Assembly: GCA_023145835.1 (NCBI GenBank)
Contig: JAGLDH010000019.1
Coordinates: 1 to 64,000 of the forward strand
Origin: Methylococcales bacterium
GTDB taxonomy: Bacteria > Pseudomonadota > Gammaproteobacteria > Methylococcales > Methylomonadaceae
Length of the DNA: 64,000 bases
Direction: 5' to 3'
The translations under genes were made by a program, and so were the position numbers. Below are positions 1 to 11,909 of the stretch, in pieces. Under the pieces are notes generated by a model that searched no databases, was not told the origin of the DNA, and worked only from the letters and a program-made list of their open reading frames with translations. Each line of letters starts with the position of its first letter. Within the stretch, counting starts at the first letter, position 1.

Positions 1-530
<530 letters not shown>

Positions 531-784
531 CTATTATAAATTTATTAACTCTTAATTCGTAAAATATATCCTCTATCACCACATTCCAACAAAAAAAAAC
601 ACACATGACGCATACTTTTTTATACCTCAAAACGTAGACTTGATAGCACTTTTCAGCTTTTACCTAAATTATTTGGTTGATTATCTACAGATATTTATTT
701 TAAATTAGTCTATAATTGGTCGCAGTCGATTGCCTCCTTACAAATAATTGAGCAATAATTTTAAAATATTAAACATACAAACTT

Positions 785-2176
785 GTGAAAAATAAATTAT
801 ATAAATCTTTGTTTTTAGGCATTAGTTCAGCTATCGCTGCAACTGCAAGTTACGCTCTTATTTCACCAAAAAACATTGAACCAAACAATATAACAACAAC
901 TTTACTTCTACCTAAAGTTAAATCTACTACTACACTTATTTCCCTGCCTGTCGTATCTGATCCAATTGTTTCAGAGAATACAGACCTTTCAGATTCAGAA
1001 CCTACGCTTATTAATACACCTGTTAATACACCTGTTAATATACCTGCATCAACTACACTAGCGCCTAAGCTTAAAACGGTAGTTCATAAAATTAAAAAGG
1101 GGGAAAGTTTATCTTCAATTTTCTCAAAGCTAAAATTAAAACAAATCGATTTATACAATATCATTCACGCTAAAGAGAATGGAAATCAATTCAGGTCAAT
1201 TGCTGCAAATAAAGAGTTAATAGCTCACATTGACTCTAACAATGTACTAAAACAACTTGTTTATAAAAAAGATTTTATAACCTCTATTATAGCAACCCGC
1301 TCTAAAGAGGCATTTGACATTGAAGTTATTAGCACCCCAATTGAAATAAAAATTGCCAGCGTCCAAACCACTATCAAGTCATCTCTATTTCTTGATGGTA
1401 AAGAAGCCGGATTCTCAGACAAACTCACTATGCAACTAGCCAAAATTTTTGGCTGGGATATAGACTTCGCACTTAGCTTAAGAAAAAACGATCAAATCAC
1501 AGTCGTTTACGAAAAACTATATGTTGATGGCAAAGAGTTTGGTACGGGCAACATTCTTTCAGCAGAATTCGTTAACCAAGGTACTTCATTCACTGCCGTT
1601 AGATTTGAAGACGATCAAGGAAATACTGGTTATTACACTCCTAATGGAAAGAGCATGCGCAAAGCTTTTTTAAGAACGCCTGTCCATTTTGCTCGCATTA
1701 GCTCTCATTTCAATTTAAAAAGAAAACATCCCGTTTTAAATAAGATTCGAGCTCATAAAGGAGTTGATTATGCAGCAAGAACTGGAACAGCCATCAAATC
1801 AACAGGCAATGGAAAAATAATTTTTCGTGGCAACAAAGGCGGCTATGGAAGAGTTGTTATTGTTCAACATGGAAAAAAATACAGCACTCTTTATGCTCAT
1901 CTATCTAAATTTAAAAAGGGGCAAAGAACTGGCTCTACTATTAAACAAGGCCAAGTCATTGGTTATGTTGGAAGGTCAGGTTTAGCGACTGGCTCCCATC
2001 TACACTATGAATTTCTAGTCAATGGAAAGCATCAAAACCCTTTAACAGTAAAATTACCACTTTCACAGCCTATTAAAGAATCTTTATTAGCAAAATTCAA
2101 ACAACAAACTCAACCATTAGTTGCCCAGTTAGATAAAGTAAAAGCGACTACCTTACTGGCAGAAAACACACAATAG
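785..2176 (+). CDS. LysM domain-containing M23 family metallo-endopeptidase (MepM/NlpD-like); GTG start
   Basis: LysM-like 'HKIKKGESLSSIFSKL'; M23 signature 'HKGVDYAA...GYGRVVIVQHGKKYSTLYAHLS...GRSGLATGSHLHYEF'; N-terminal signal/anchor; Thr-Pro-Val 12-bp tandem repeats at 1010-1045. Confidence 0.8.
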   Translation: MKNKLYKSLFLGISSAIAATASYALISPKNIEPNNITTTLLLPKVKSTTTLISLPVVSDPIVSENTDLSDSEPTLINTPVNTPVNIPASTTLAPKLKTVVHKIKKGESLSSIFSKLKLKQIDLYNIIHAKENGNQFRSIAANKELIAHIDSNNVLKQLVYKKDFITSIIATRSKEAFDIEVISTPIEIKIASVQTTIKSSLFLDGKEAGFSDKLTMQLAKIFGWDIDFALSLRKNDQITVVYEKLYVDGKEFGTGNILSAEFVNQGTSFTAVRFEDDQGNTGYYTPNGKSMRKAFLRTPVHFARISSHFNLKRKHPVLNKIRAHKGVDYAARTGTAIKSTGNGKIIFRGNKGGYGRVVIVQHGKKYSTLYAHLSKFKKGQRTGSTIKQGQVIGYVGRSGLATGSHLHYEFLVNGKHQNPLTVKLPLSQPIKESLLAKFKQQTQPLVAQLDKVKATTLLAENTQ

Positions 2177-2179
2177 CTA

Positions 2180-3298
2180 ATGCCCGAGCTTTTCATTGGC
2201 TTAATGTCAGGGACAAGCCTCGATGGTATTGATGCAAGTTTAGTTGAATTTAATAGTACTCAAATTAATCCTATATCTTTTGAGTACCTTCCATTTTCAA
2301 GCTCAATAAAAAATGATATTCAGCGGCTATCTCAACCTAACAAACCCATCCTCTTAACAGAATATGGCTCTACTGATACAAAATTAGGCAATCTATTTGC
2401 TCTAGCCGCCAATAATCTACTCAATAAAGCAGGCGTTCCTCACTCCGAAGTTACGGCAATAGGTAGCCACGGCCAAACCATTTATCATGCTCCTGATAGA
2501 CCCCCTGCTTTCTCCCTACAAATAGGTGACCCAAATATCATTGCAGAAAAAACAGGCATTACTACAGTTGCGGACTTTCGCAGAAGAGACTTAGCAGTTA
2601 GTGGCCAAGGCGCACCACTTGTTCCAGCATTTCATCAAGCTATTTTTTCTCAGATTTTTGACTTAACCAAAGAAAACATAAGTATTATTAATATCGGTGG
2701 TATTGCTAATATTACATACCTATCTGCCAACAAAACAACAGGCTTTGACATTGGCCCTGGCAATACATTGATGGATTACTGGATTAGCAAAAACTTAAAC
2801 AAGTCATATGATAGCAATGGTGCTTGGGCTAAAACGGGGACACCTAACAGTAAGTTAGTTGATTTTTTTAAACAAGACCCTTATTTCAAATTAACTCCAC
2901 CAAAAAGCACAGGTAAAGAATACTTTTCCCAGTTCTGGTTTAATAAAAAAATAAGCAATTTCTCTGATTGTTGCAAAAAGGACATCCAAGCTAGTTTGTG
3001 TCAATTTACTGCAGAAGCAATAGCTGAAGCCATTCAACAGCATGCACCTCTCACCAATCAAACATTAATTTGCGGAGGTGGTGCTCATAATGAATATTTG
3101 ATGCAATCCATTAGAAAACACTTATCACACCCTGTCTCATCAACAGCAAAATTTGGGGTTAACCCTGATCATGTAGAGGCCATGGCTTTCGCTTGGCTAG
3201 CCAAACAAACCATTAATAACCTACCTGGTAATATAATGGAAGTCACAGGAGCAAAAGCTCCTGCTATTCTTGGGGGAATATACCCCGGAAGAAAATAA
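2180..3298 (+). CDS. anmK: anhydro-N-acetylmuramic acid kinase
   Basis: N-terminus 'FIGLMSGTSLDGIDASLVEF' typical of AnmK; ~370 aa; synteny with M23 peptidase and erpA as in pseudomonads. Confidence 0.85.
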   Translation: MPELFIGLMSGTSLDGIDASLVEFNSTQINPISFEYLPFSSSIKNDIQRLSQPNKPILLTEYGSTDTKLGNLFALAANNLLNKAGVPHSEVTAIGSHGQTIYHAPDRPPAFSLQIGDPNIIAEKTGITTVADFRRRDLAVSGQGAPLVPAFHQAIFSQIFDLTKENISIINIGGIANITYLSANKTTGFDIGPGNTLMDYWISKNLNKSYDSNGAWAKTGTPNSKLVDFFKQDPYFKLTPPKSTGKEYFSQFWFNKKISNFSDCCKKDIQASLCQFTAEAIAEAIQQHAPLTNQTLICGGGAHNEYLMQSIRKHLSHPVSSTAKFGVNPDHVEAMAFAWLAKQTINNLPGNIMEVTGAKAPAILGGIYPGRK

Positions 3299-3306
3299 AA
3301 AGTTGA

Positions 3307-3639
3307 TTATGTTGAAAATGAAGACCCACAACCACAAGTTGTAGTTGCATTTGGATTTCTAATTACAAACTGAGCTCCAGAAACATCCTCTTTATAATCA
3401 ATTTCAGCGCCATTCAAATACTGAATACTCATAGAGTCAATTAATACCACCACACCATCATTTTCAATTTGAGTATCATCCTCATTGATCTCTTCATCAA
3501 AAGTAAAGCCATACTGAAAACCTGAACACCCACCACCAGAAATATAAACTCTTAATTTTAAGCTATCATTTCCTTCCTCTGCAATTAATGAGCCTACTTT
3601 CTTGGCTGCGTTATCTGTAAAAACAATTGGTTCTGCCAT
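3307..3639 (-). CDS. erpA: iron-sulfur cluster insertion protein ErpA (HesB/IscA family)
   Basis: 110 aa; '[17 protein letters not shown]' and C-terminal 'CGCGSSF' A-type carrier cysteines. Confidence 0.85.
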   Translation of the reverse strand: MAEPIVFTDNAAKKVGSLIAEEGNDSLKLRVYISGGGCSGFQYGFTFDEEINEDDTQIENDGVVVLIDSMSIQYLNGAEIDYKEDVSGAQFVIRNPNATTTCGCGSSFST

Positions 3640-3828
3640 TTTTTATACCAGCAAATAAATAAAAATTAATAAAAAAATAAATTAGTTTAGTCCAATTTTT
3701 CAAAAACCATGAGACGAATTTAATATTCTCCATACAAAGAAGTAAAAAAGCTCATTTTATTTTTAAATAAATACACTCAACTATCGATATTGTATAATTA
3801 TGTCAATACCCACCAATTTAGTCAAGAA

Positions 3829-4860
3829 TTATGGATAGAGAGCAACTGTTGTTAACCCAAGCTTCTCATCTAGACCATACATAATATTCATATTTTGTAT
3901 GGCTTGCCCGGCGGCACCTTTTACTAAATTATCTATCACCGACAAAATAACAAGCGTATTTCCACCTTGGGGCTGATGAACAGCAATCTGGCACTTATTA
4001 CTTCCACGAACATTCCTCGTATCTGGGTGCTCTCCTTTTGGAAGCACATCAACGAACAACTCATTTTTATATCGCTGTTCAAATAATGTGTGAACACAGT
4101 CAATATCTCCAGAAAATTGTCCATATAACGTTGCATGAATACCACGAATCATAGGTGTCAAGTGGGGTACAAATGTTAGCCCAATTGTTTTTTTTGCTAC
4201 AATTTCTAATCCTTGAGTAATTTCTGGTAAGTGTCGATGCCCGGCTACAGCATAAGCTTTAAAACTTTCTCCTGTTTCACTCATTAGAGCAGATACCTGA
4301 GCTTTTCGCCCAGCTCCACTCACACCTGACTTTACATCTGCAATCAAATGAGAAAAATCAATTAACTTATTTTCAATCAAAGGTAAAAACCCCAGTTGGA
4401 CAGCAGTAGGATAACATCCCGGGCAGGCCAGAAGATTTGTTGCTTTAATTGCTTCACGATTTACTTCTGGTAAACCATACACAGCCTCTCCGATCAACTC
4501 TGGACAGGCATGATCCATACCATACCATTCAGACCATTCTTTATGATTTTTTATTCTAAAATCTGCAGATAAATCAATAACCTTAACATTACGCTTTAAC
4601 AACTCCTCTGCCATTAGCATAGCAGTTCCATTTGGTGTTGCAAAAAACACCACCTCACACTCAGCTAAAGACTCTATCTCAGGCATAGAAAAAACAACAT
4701 CACACATCCCTCGTAAACTTGGGTAAAGAGCATCCACTCTATTTCCTGCATCTGAACGTGAAGTAACAACCCCAATTTCGACTCCAGAATGTAAAACAAG
4801 CATCCTTAATAACTCAACTCCTGTATATCCTGTCCCGCCGACTATTCCTACCCGTATCAT
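3829..4860 (-). CDS. argC: N-acetyl-gamma-glutamyl-phosphate reductase
   Basis: '[21 protein letters not shown]' NAD-binding N-terminus, catalytic Cys region '[10 protein letters not shown]'; 343 aa. Confidence 0.9.
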   Translation of the reverse strand: MIRVGIVGGTGYTGVELLRMLVLHSGVEIGVVTSRSDAGNRVDALYPSLRGMCDVVFSMPEIESLAECEVVFFATPNGTAMLMAEELLKRNVKVIDLSADFRIKNHKEWSEWYGMDHACPELIGEAVYGLPEVNREAIKATNLLACPGCYPTAVQLGFLPLIENKLIDFSHLIADVKSGVSGAGRKAQVSALMSETGESFKAYAVAGHRHLPEITQGLEIVAKKTIGLTFVPHLTPMIRGIHATLYGQFSGDIDCVHTLFEQRYKNELFVDVLPKGEHPDTRNVRGSNKCQIAVHQPQGGNTLVILSVIDNLVKGAAGQAIQNMNIMYGLDEKLGLTTVALYP

Positions 4861-5351
4861 CTTATTTTTAACTCACTCATACTTTTTTATTAATACCTAT
4901 ATAATACATCGTAAAATAACTTCTTCTTATTTTTATCTCTATTGAAAGAAATATGCTTGCGATTAAAATGAACGACTCTAAGCTACATCTGACCACCCAT
5001 TTAATAGCAAAAGAAGCATTATGCTTGCCGATATCCAAAATTTTTAATTTTATCCAAGAAGCGGCTCTTCCAGAAACTTTTTCACTGTTTGGAGCAATTT
5101 TTTTTGACCAGATCCAACTAAAAATATAATTATTACTTAAACCCTGGAGTAGACATAATGATCAATTATAAAAACAAATTACTCAACAATTATTAACAAA
5201 TTTGTGTGGCCTTATTGAACGCAGAAAAAACAAATCAAATTATTAACACCACTTTTTCCATTGAAAAAACTTATAAAACCCATCTCCTTATGGAAATAAA
5301 CATGCATATTAGAATAATTGTTTTATCTCTACCAACCTATTTATCTGAATC

Positions 5352-8132
5352 ATGAATGATTTTATTCCGGGACAACGTTGGATTAGTAATACTGAGTCTG
5401 AATTAGGTTTAGGCCTGATTTTAGACGTAGAATTCAACAGAGTCTCCGTCTTATTTTTAGCAACAGGTAATAAACGAGTCTACGCAAAAAATAATGCACC
5501 ACTAACTCGCGCTCTATTTTCAAAGAATGATGTTATTGAATCTACTGATAATAAAAAAATATCAGTGACAGATGTTTTAATAAATGAAGGCCTTATCACA
5601 TACATAGGTATCGATGAATCTGGTAATAAAGTCAATTTAGAAGAAATGGACTTAAATCATCACATTCAATTTAACAAACCACAAGATCGTTTATTTACAG
5701 GTCAAATTGACCCATCACCCTGGTTTTTACTACGTTACGAAACCTGGTGTAGACAACAACTACATCAACAATCTTCAGTAAAAGGACTGCAAGGTGCTAG
5801 AGCTTCTTTAATAGCACATCAACTCTATATTGCCCACGAAGCAGCAAGTCGATTTGAACCTCGTATTATGCTTGCAGATGAAGTGGGGCTAGGAAAAACG
5901 ATAGAAGCAGGCTTGATCCTTCAACATCGGCTCATTAATGGTTTAAGTCAACGCATACTAATTATTGTTCCCGAAAGTTTATTACATCAATGGTTAGTAG
6001 AGATGTTGAGACGCTTCAACTTAACCTTTAGTATTTTCGATGAAGAGCGATGCCTTGCAACAATTGAGGAAAACCCTTTTGTCACCGAGCAATTAGTACT
6101 TTGTTCTCAAAGTTTTTTTTCCGATAACCTTTTGCGACAAGAACAAATTCTTCAAGCTGATTGGGACATGCTAATAGTGGACGAAGCACATCACTTAGAA
6201 TGGAATGAAAAAAATCCAAGTACCGATTATTTATTTGTTGAACAATTAGCAGCAGCGACCCCTGGACTAATCCTTTTAACAGCAACACCCGAGCAATTAG
6301 GCCAAAAGAGTCACTTTGCCCGTTTGAGACTGTTAGACCCTGATCGTTTCTATCACTTTGATCAATTTTTAGAGGAAGAAAAACAATTTGAACCTGTTGC
6401 GAATGCAGCTAAATTACTAATCTCTGGCGATATCCTTACCGATAAAGAGCAACAAGGACTCAAAAACCTATTAAAACAAGATAATGTTGATACATTGTTA
6501 TCAAATATAAATGACCAAGAAAGTTCAACCCTCGCAAGAGAAGAGTTAATTGAATTATTACTAGATCACCATGGAACAGGGCGAATTTTATTTAGAAATT
6601 CTCGGCATACTGTTCTAGGATTTCCTGATAGAGAAAGCTATGGCTACCCTTTAAAAGAGATGACCGATACTTCCTCTAGTATGGAAAACAATCCCTACTT
6701 TATATGGCTACTAGATAAGTTAAGTGAATTACAAGAGACTGGAAAAAAAGCTTTATTGCTTTGCAAGCACGCTGAAACAGTCATTGAATTAGAACAAACA
6801 CTAAAAAATCGTAAAGGAATTGCTACAGCTGTGTTTCATGAAGGCATGACCATTGTTGAAAGAGATAGAGCTGCTGCTTATTTTTCTGATGAAGAAAGTA
6901 CTATCCCATTATTGATTTGTTCAGAAATAGGATCTGAAGGTAGAAACTTTCAATTTGTTCACCATTTAATTTTATTTGATTTACCCACAAATCCTGATTT
7001 ATTACAACAACGTATTGGTCGATTAGATCGTATAGGGCAAAAAAATGTCATTCAAATTCATATCCCTTACATTTTAAACACAGCTCAACACCTCCTGTAT
7101 CTGTGGTATGAAGAAGGATTTAATGCTTTTCAACATAACTGTTCTGCTGCATCACAAGTAGCTAGCAAAGTGAGCACAGAATTACTTAACTTACTTGAAA
7201 ATCACAATCAACAATCAGTTGATTCATTTATAGCAAAAACCCAACAGCTCAATAAATCATTAGAACTGGACATGTTAAATGGGCGAGACCAATTATTGGA
7301 ATTAAATTCTTGTCGACAAGACCCTGCCCAAGAACTCGTCAGCCAATTACATTCTCTTGATAAAGATAATTCTCTTTGGCCTTATATGGAAGCCATGTTT
7401 GACTGCTATGGTGTTGATGCTGAATATCATTCAACAAACTGTTACATTCTTAAACCTAGTGAAAATTTACGTATCTCCTATTTCCCTATGGTTCCAGATG
7501 ACGGTGTTACCGTAACAACCGATCGAAATATTTCTCTTGCCCGAGAAGATATGCTGTTTATTACTCAAGAACACCCGATGGTTATGACTGCCATGGATCT
7601 TGTGTTGTCCAGTGAAACTGGAAATGCCTCTCTAAGTGTCATAAAACACTCTTCTCTTAAGCCGGGGCAGTTCTTACTCGAACTGTTATTTATTGTCGAG
7701 TGTAGTGCGCCTGCTGAATTAAAAATTGGCCGTTTTTTGCCTCATACCCCGATCAGAATTTTAATTGATCAAAATAAAAACAATGTGAGTGAAGCGATTA
7801 GTCATCAAAGCCTGTTAGAAACAGACAATAAATTTGATAAAGATCAAATTATTAGTTTTATAAATAGTCAACGAAAATATATAACTGACATGATAAAAAC
7901 AGCTAAAGTATCTGCCAATCAAGAAATGCAAAACTTGATAGAAGAAAGTAATACAAAAATGATGAAAACATTATCAGGCGAAATTGATCGTATGGTTAGA
8001 TTAAAAAAAATCAACCCAAGTATTAAAGATCAAGAAATTAACCAACTTAAAGACATGTCATCACTTTCAATCGAAAATATAAAACAAACCCAGCTAAGAC
8101 TTGATGCAATCCGGTTTATTATTACTAATTAA
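5352..8132 (+). CDS. rapA: RNA polymerase-associated ATPase RapA (HepA), SNF2 family
   Basis: N-terminus 'FIPGQRWISNTESELGLGLI' matches RapA; SNF2 motifs 'LADEVGLGKTIEAG', 'DEAHHLE'; helicase C motifs 'LPTNPDLLQQRIGRLDRIGQ'; 926 aa. Confidence 0.9.
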   Translation: MNDFIPGQRWISNTESELGLGLILDVEFNRVSVLFLATGNKRVYAKNNAPLTRALFSKNDVIESTDNKKISVTDVLINEGLITYIGIDESGNKVNLEEMDLNHHIQFNKPQDRLFTGQIDPSPWFLLRYETWCRQQLHQQSSVKGLQGARASLIAHQLYIAHEAASRFEPRIMLADEVGLGKTIEAGLILQHRLINGLSQRILIIVPESLLHQWLVEMLRRFNLTFSIFDEERCLATIEENPFVTEQLVLCSQSFFSDNLLRQEQILQADWDMLIVDEAHHLEWNEKNPSTDYLFVEQLAAATPGLILLTATPEQLGQKSHFARLRLLDPDRFYHFDQFLEEEKQFEPVANAAKLLISGDILTDKEQQGLKNLLKQDNVDTLLSNINDQESSTLAREELIELLLDHHGTGRILFRNSRHTVLGFPDRESYGYPLKEMTDTSSSMENNPYFIWLLDKLSELQETGKKALLLCKHAETVIELEQTLKNRKGIATAVFHEGMTIVERDRAAAYFSDEESTIPLLICSEIGSEGRNFQFVHHLILFDLPTNPDLLQQRIGRLDRIGQKNVIQIHIPYILNTAQHLLYLWYEEGFNAFQHNCSAASQVASKVSTELLNLLENHNQQSVDSFIAKTQQLNKSLELDMLNGRDQLLELNSCRQDPAQELVSQLHSLDKDNSLWPYMEAMFDCYGVDAEYHSTNCYILKPSENLRISYFPMVPDDGVTVTTDRNISLAREDMLFITQEHPMVMTAMDLVLSSETGNASLSVIKHSSLKPGQFLLELLFIVECSAPAELKIGRFLPHTPIRILIDQNKNNVSEAISHQSLLETDNKFDKDQIISFINSQRKYITDMIKTAKVSANQEMQNLIEESNTKMMKTLSGEIDRMVRLKKINPSIKDQEINQLKDMSSLSIENIKQTQLRLDAIRFIITN

Positions 8133-8157
8133 ATAATCATACTTCTCTCAGATTAAT

Positions 8158-9510
8158 ATGCTTGAAAATTTTCTACCTAAATCAAATGTTTCAATCAGGG
8201 ATAATTTAAGGTGGCTTTATATCCTTAGAAACTTAATGATATTAAGCGAATCAATGCTGATTATTATTACAGTCTATGTCCTACACATATCGTTACCTCA
8301 AGAACAGCTCTGGCTCGTTCTATTTTCAATATGTGCAGTCAACCTATATACATGGATGCGTTTACGCACAGATGAACCAGTAACTGAACTAGAAATTTTT
8401 TCTCAAATTTCAATAGATGTATTTGCTTTAGGTTCTTTACTTTATTTAACCGGCGGAGCCTCAAATCCAATTGTTTGGGTATTTCTACTACCTTTGATAC
8501 TAACAGCCATCATGCTTCCACAGGCATATGCCTGGAACATGGTTATTCTGACTTGTTGCACGTACACCGTATTAATTGCTTATAACATCCCTTTACCTGC
8601 CATAGAGCCGCATTTATCCCCTACCCATATGGTAAATAGCCCAGAATTACAACACTATTTACATGTAACACAAGACCGACATTATTTTAATCTACATATT
8701 TTTGGTATGTGGTTTGGTTTTGTTTTCAGTGCTGGGCTTGTCGCTTTTTTTGTTGCTAACTTATCCAAAACATTAAAAGAGCAAGAACGGAGACTAGCTG
8801 ATGCTCGAGAAAATGCCTTACGTGATGAGCGCATTGTTTCTTTAGGTACACTTGCTGCGAGTGCGGCTCATGATATGGGAACTCCTCTAGGTACAATGGC
8901 AATTGTTGCTCATGAAATAGGGGTCGACTATCCTGAAGGCCAATACCAAGATTTAAATCATAAAATAAAAATCATTAGCCAGCAAATTGACCGGTGTAAA
9001 CAGGCAATTTCTGTTCTATCAGCATCTTCTGGTGAGATGCGAGCTGAATCAGGAAAGCCGATGTCCCTTATTAGCTATATAGATGAAGTACTTAATCAAT
9101 GGCGCACTCATAATGCAACAACTAAACTCAATTTAGATATCTCTCCCTCTGTTAATATTAACGCTAAAATAGTTGCTGAGAGAACTTTAACTCATTCTAT
9201 TATTAATATATTAAATAATGCTGCTGAAGTTTCCCCGACAAACAAAGGTCTTGATTTTATAGCCAATTGGGATGACCAACAATTATTTTTAAAAATCAGA
9301 GATTTTGGCCCTGGGTTCCCTAAAAAAATCATCGAATATGTTGGTAAACAAGCTGTTATTAGTAACAAACAAGGATTAGGCGTTGGTTTATTTCTTACTT
9401 ATTCCACAATTAAGCATTTAGGCGGTAAAATAGTGTTTCTTAATGCTCAATCTGGAGGAGCTTGTGTTGAAATCACCCTTCCTTTAATTAACAATAGAGA
9501 CAAGCTATGA
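8158..9510 (+). CDS. regB: redox-responsive sensor histidine kinase, RegB/PrrB/RoxS type
   Basis: Multi-TM N-terminus containing 'GGASNPI' (RegB-type GGxxNPF quinone-site motif); H-box 'AASAAHDMGTPLGTMAI'; Cys after H-box; HATPase_c C-terminus; 4-bp overlap with downstream regulator. Confidence 0.75.
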   Translation: MLENFLPKSNVSIRDNLRWLYILRNLMILSESMLIIITVYVLHISLPQEQLWLVLFSICAVNLYTWMRLRTDEPVTELEIFSQISIDVFALGSLLYLTGGASNPIVWVFLLPLILTAIMLPQAYAWNMVILTCCTYTVLIAYNIPLPAIEPHLSPTHMVNSPELQHYLHVTQDRHYFNLHIFGMWFGFVFSAGLVAFFVANLSKTLKEQERRLADARENALRDERIVSLGTLAASAAHDMGTPLGTMAIVAHEIGVDYPEGQYQDLNHKIKIISQQIDRCKQAISVLSASSGEMRAESGKPMSLISYIDEVLNQWRTHNATTKLNLDISPSVNINAKIVAERTLTHSIINILNNAAEVSPTNKGLDFIANWDDQQLFLKIRDFGPGFPKKIIEYVGKQAVISNKQGLGVGLFLTYSTIKHLGGKIVFLNAQSGGACVEITLPLINNRDKL

Positions 9511-10055
9511 GTTCACAGGAAATGGACAAACCAAACTTATTATTAGTTGATGATGACGAAACCTTTTGCTCAGTACTAAAACCAGCTTTGGAAAAAAGAA
9601 ATTTTCAGGTGAGTACTGCATTCAATGTAGACCAAGGTATTATGCTAGCTGAACAAACCGAACCTGAATATGCCGTGATTGACTTACGTATTGGCTTTGA
9701 TTCTGGCTTAGAAATGGTTAAAAAATTAATTTCGCTTGATGACAACACACAAATAGTTATATTGACTGGTTTTGCCAGCATTGCGACTGCAGTAGAAGCA
9801 ATCAAACTAGGAGCAATTCATTATTTAACAAAACCCGCGAACGCAGATGAAATTGTAAATGCTTTATATAAAAACGAAGGCGATTCATCAGTTAAAATAA
9901 ACAAAAACCCTTTATCAGTCAAACGCTTAGAATGGGAACATTTACAGACTGTATTAATGCAACATGACGGTAATATTTCTGCTGCTGCTCGGGCATTAAA
10001 TATGCATAGGCGAACATTACAAAGAAAATTAGATAAACGGCCTGTTAAAGAATAA
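9507..10055 (+). CDS. regA: response regulator RegA/PrrA/RoxR type (REC + Fis-type HTH)
   Basis: 'LLLVDDDETF' receiver; C-terminal 'GNISAAARALNMHRRTLQRKL' Fis-type HTH; 182 aa. Confidence 0.8.
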   Translation: MSSQEMDKPNLLLVDDDETFCSVLKPALEKRNFQVSTAFNVDQGIMLAEQTEPEYAVIDLRIGFDSGLEMVKKLISLDDNTQIVILTGFASIATAVEAIKLGAIHYLTKPANADEIVNALYKNEGDSSVKINKNPLSVKRLEWEHLQTVLMQHDGNISAAARALNMHRRTLQRKLDKRPVKE

Positions 10056-10129
10056 AACAATAAACTTAAAAAACGAAAATAATATTTTAAAGTTTTTTAC
10101 TAAAGTTAGTTTCAACTAATTCCAATATC

Positions 10130-10936
10130 TTATTTTGGCTTAAGTACTTTTTTAGCCTCATCCCAAAAAGCATCTAATTCCTGTAATTCACAATCACGAA
10201 GACTTCGCTTTGATGCCTCCACTTGCTGCTCAATATAATTAAAACGTTTACTGAATTTTGTATTCGCTTCTTTAAGAGCAAGCTCCGGATTTACTTTCAA
10301 GTGCCTAGCTAAATTCACAACAACGAGTAATAAATCACCTATTTCTTCTTGAATATGAGGCTGATCCTCTTCTATCCAAGCTTCCTTAACCTCACCCAAC
10401 TCTTCCAGCACTTTATCAAACACAGGCTCAACATCTGGCCAATCAAAACCATGGTATGCAGCCTTATCTTGAATTTTCTCACATTGAACTAAAGCCGGAA
10501 GATTAATTGCAACGCCCGATAAAACACTTTCGCTTTTATTATTAACTTTATTTTTAGCTTTTCTTTCCTTTACTTTAGCTTCATCCCAAGCTCGTTGACG
10601 TTCTTCATCGTTACTATAGACTACATCCCCAAAAACATGGGGATGTCGATTAATCAGTTTTTGAGTAATTGTCCCAGCAACCTGTTCAAAGTTAAACAGT
10701 CCTTGTTCTTCTGCCATTTGAGAATGAAAGACAACTTGTAACAAAAGGTCACCTAGTTCTTCACGTAAATCGTCTAAATCATTTCGTTCAATGGCATCAG
10801 CAACCTCATAAGCCTCTTCGATGGTATAAGGCATCAGACTATAAAAGTCCTGTTTCAAATCCCAAGCACAGCCCCTGTCTGGGTGGCGCAAATGCGCCAT
10901 AATAGATAATAATTTTTCTGTTTTCGCTAAACCCAA
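10130..10936 (-). CDS. mazG: nucleoside triphosphate pyrophosphohydrolase MazG
   Basis: 'LLSIMAHLRHPDRGCAWDLKQDF...EEAYEVADAIE' tandem MazG domains; 268 aa. Confidence 0.85.
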   Translation of the reverse strand: MGLAKTEKLLSIMAHLRHPDRGCAWDLKQDFYSLMPYTIEEAYEVADAIERNDLDDLREELGDLLLQVVFHSQMAEEQGLFNFEQVAGTITQKLINRHPHVFGDVVYSNDEERQRAWDEAKVKERKAKNKVNNKSESVLSGVAINLPALVQCEKIQDKAAYHGFDWPDVEPVFDKVLEELGEVKEAWIEEDQPHIQEEIGDLLLVVVNLARHLKVNPELALKEANTKFSKRFNYIEQQVEASKRSLRDCELQELDAFWDEAKKVLKPK

Positions 10937-10960
10937 AATATTCCTGATCGTCTCGTTTTA

Positions 10961-11893
10961 TTAAAAAGAACGTCCAAAGCTTTCTTCATATCGTTTTTTA
11001 AACGACTCCATAGTAAAGCTATGGTTCTGAGTACCATGATGTTCTATTTTTATAGACCCTAATAATGATGCAATTCGACCTGTTGATTCCCAGTCTAACT
11101 CATTCATAATTCCATATATCAATCCAGCTCGATACGCATCGCCACACCCAGTAGGATCAGATAATTCTTTAGCTTTTGCTGAAGGAATTTCAATACATTG
11201 TCCTTTTGCAAAAATCTTAGACCCATTCCCTCCCATTGTTACGACTAAGGCATCAACTCGTTCTGCAATTTGATCTAATGTTAAACCTGTACAATTTTGC
11301 ATTAACTCCGATTCATAATCATTAAAGGTTGCATACGTTGCTAAATCTAAAAACTCTAATAATTCATCACCATTGAACATAGGCATCCCTTGACCAGGGT
11401 CAAAAATAAAAGGGATACCTTGTTCAGCAAATTGTTTTGCATGCAATTGCATTCCTTCTTTACCATCCGGCGAGACTATTCCAAGACTTATCCCTATATT
11501 TTCCGGAACAGAGTTCTCATGTGATGAATTCATCGCTCCCGGGTGAAATGCAGTTATCTGATTATCATCTTCATCCGTTGTAATATAGGCTTGCCCAGTA
11601 TAATGGTCGTCAAAGGTTTTAATATATTCAGACGATATATGACAGTGGTTTAGCCATTGAGTATAAGGTTCAAAATCATGCCCTACAGATGCCATAATAG
11701 TTGGTGTTTCACCTAATAACTTTAAATTATAGGCAATATTTCCAGCACACCCACCAAATTCTCGACGAATCATGGGAACCAAAAAAGATACGTTTATCAT
11801 GTGGACTTTTTCTGGCAAAATATGATTCTTAAATTTATCATGAAACACCATGATAGTATCGTAAGCCATAGACCCACAGATTAATGCACTCAT
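10961..11893 (-). CDS. PfkB-family carbohydrate/nucleoside kinase
   Basis: C-terminal PfkB signature 'DPTGCGDAYRAGLIYG'; GG motif near N-terminus; 310 aa. Confidence 0.7.
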   Translation of the reverse strand: MSALICGSMAYDTIMVFHDKFKNHILPEKVHMINVSFLVPMIRREFGGCAGNIAYNLKLLGETPTIMASVGHDFEPYTQWLNHCHISSEYIKTFDDHYTGQAYITTDEDDNQITAFHPGAMNSSHENSVPENIGISLGIVSPDGKEGMQLHAKQFAEQGIPFIFDPGQGMPMFNGDELLEFLDLATYATFNDYESELMQNCTGLTLDQIAERVDALVVTMGGNGSKIFAKGQCIEIPSAKAKELSDPTGCGDAYRAGLIYGIMNELDWESTGRIASLLGSIKIEHHGTQNHSFTMESFKKRYEESFGRSF

Positions 11894-11909
11894 TTCTTTC
11901 CTCTTAACG

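Noticed and set aside
1261-1443. Short antisense ORFs inside long genes, present throughout the window
   Set aside because: These are wholly embedded in well-supported CDSs on the other strand, with no motifs. Examples: 1261-1443, 3936-4145, 6082-6288, 9605-10060, 17194-17445, 20107-20364, 28473-28715, 35266-35538, 41643-41924, 44340-44681, 57146-57949, 58569-58946, 59600-59978.
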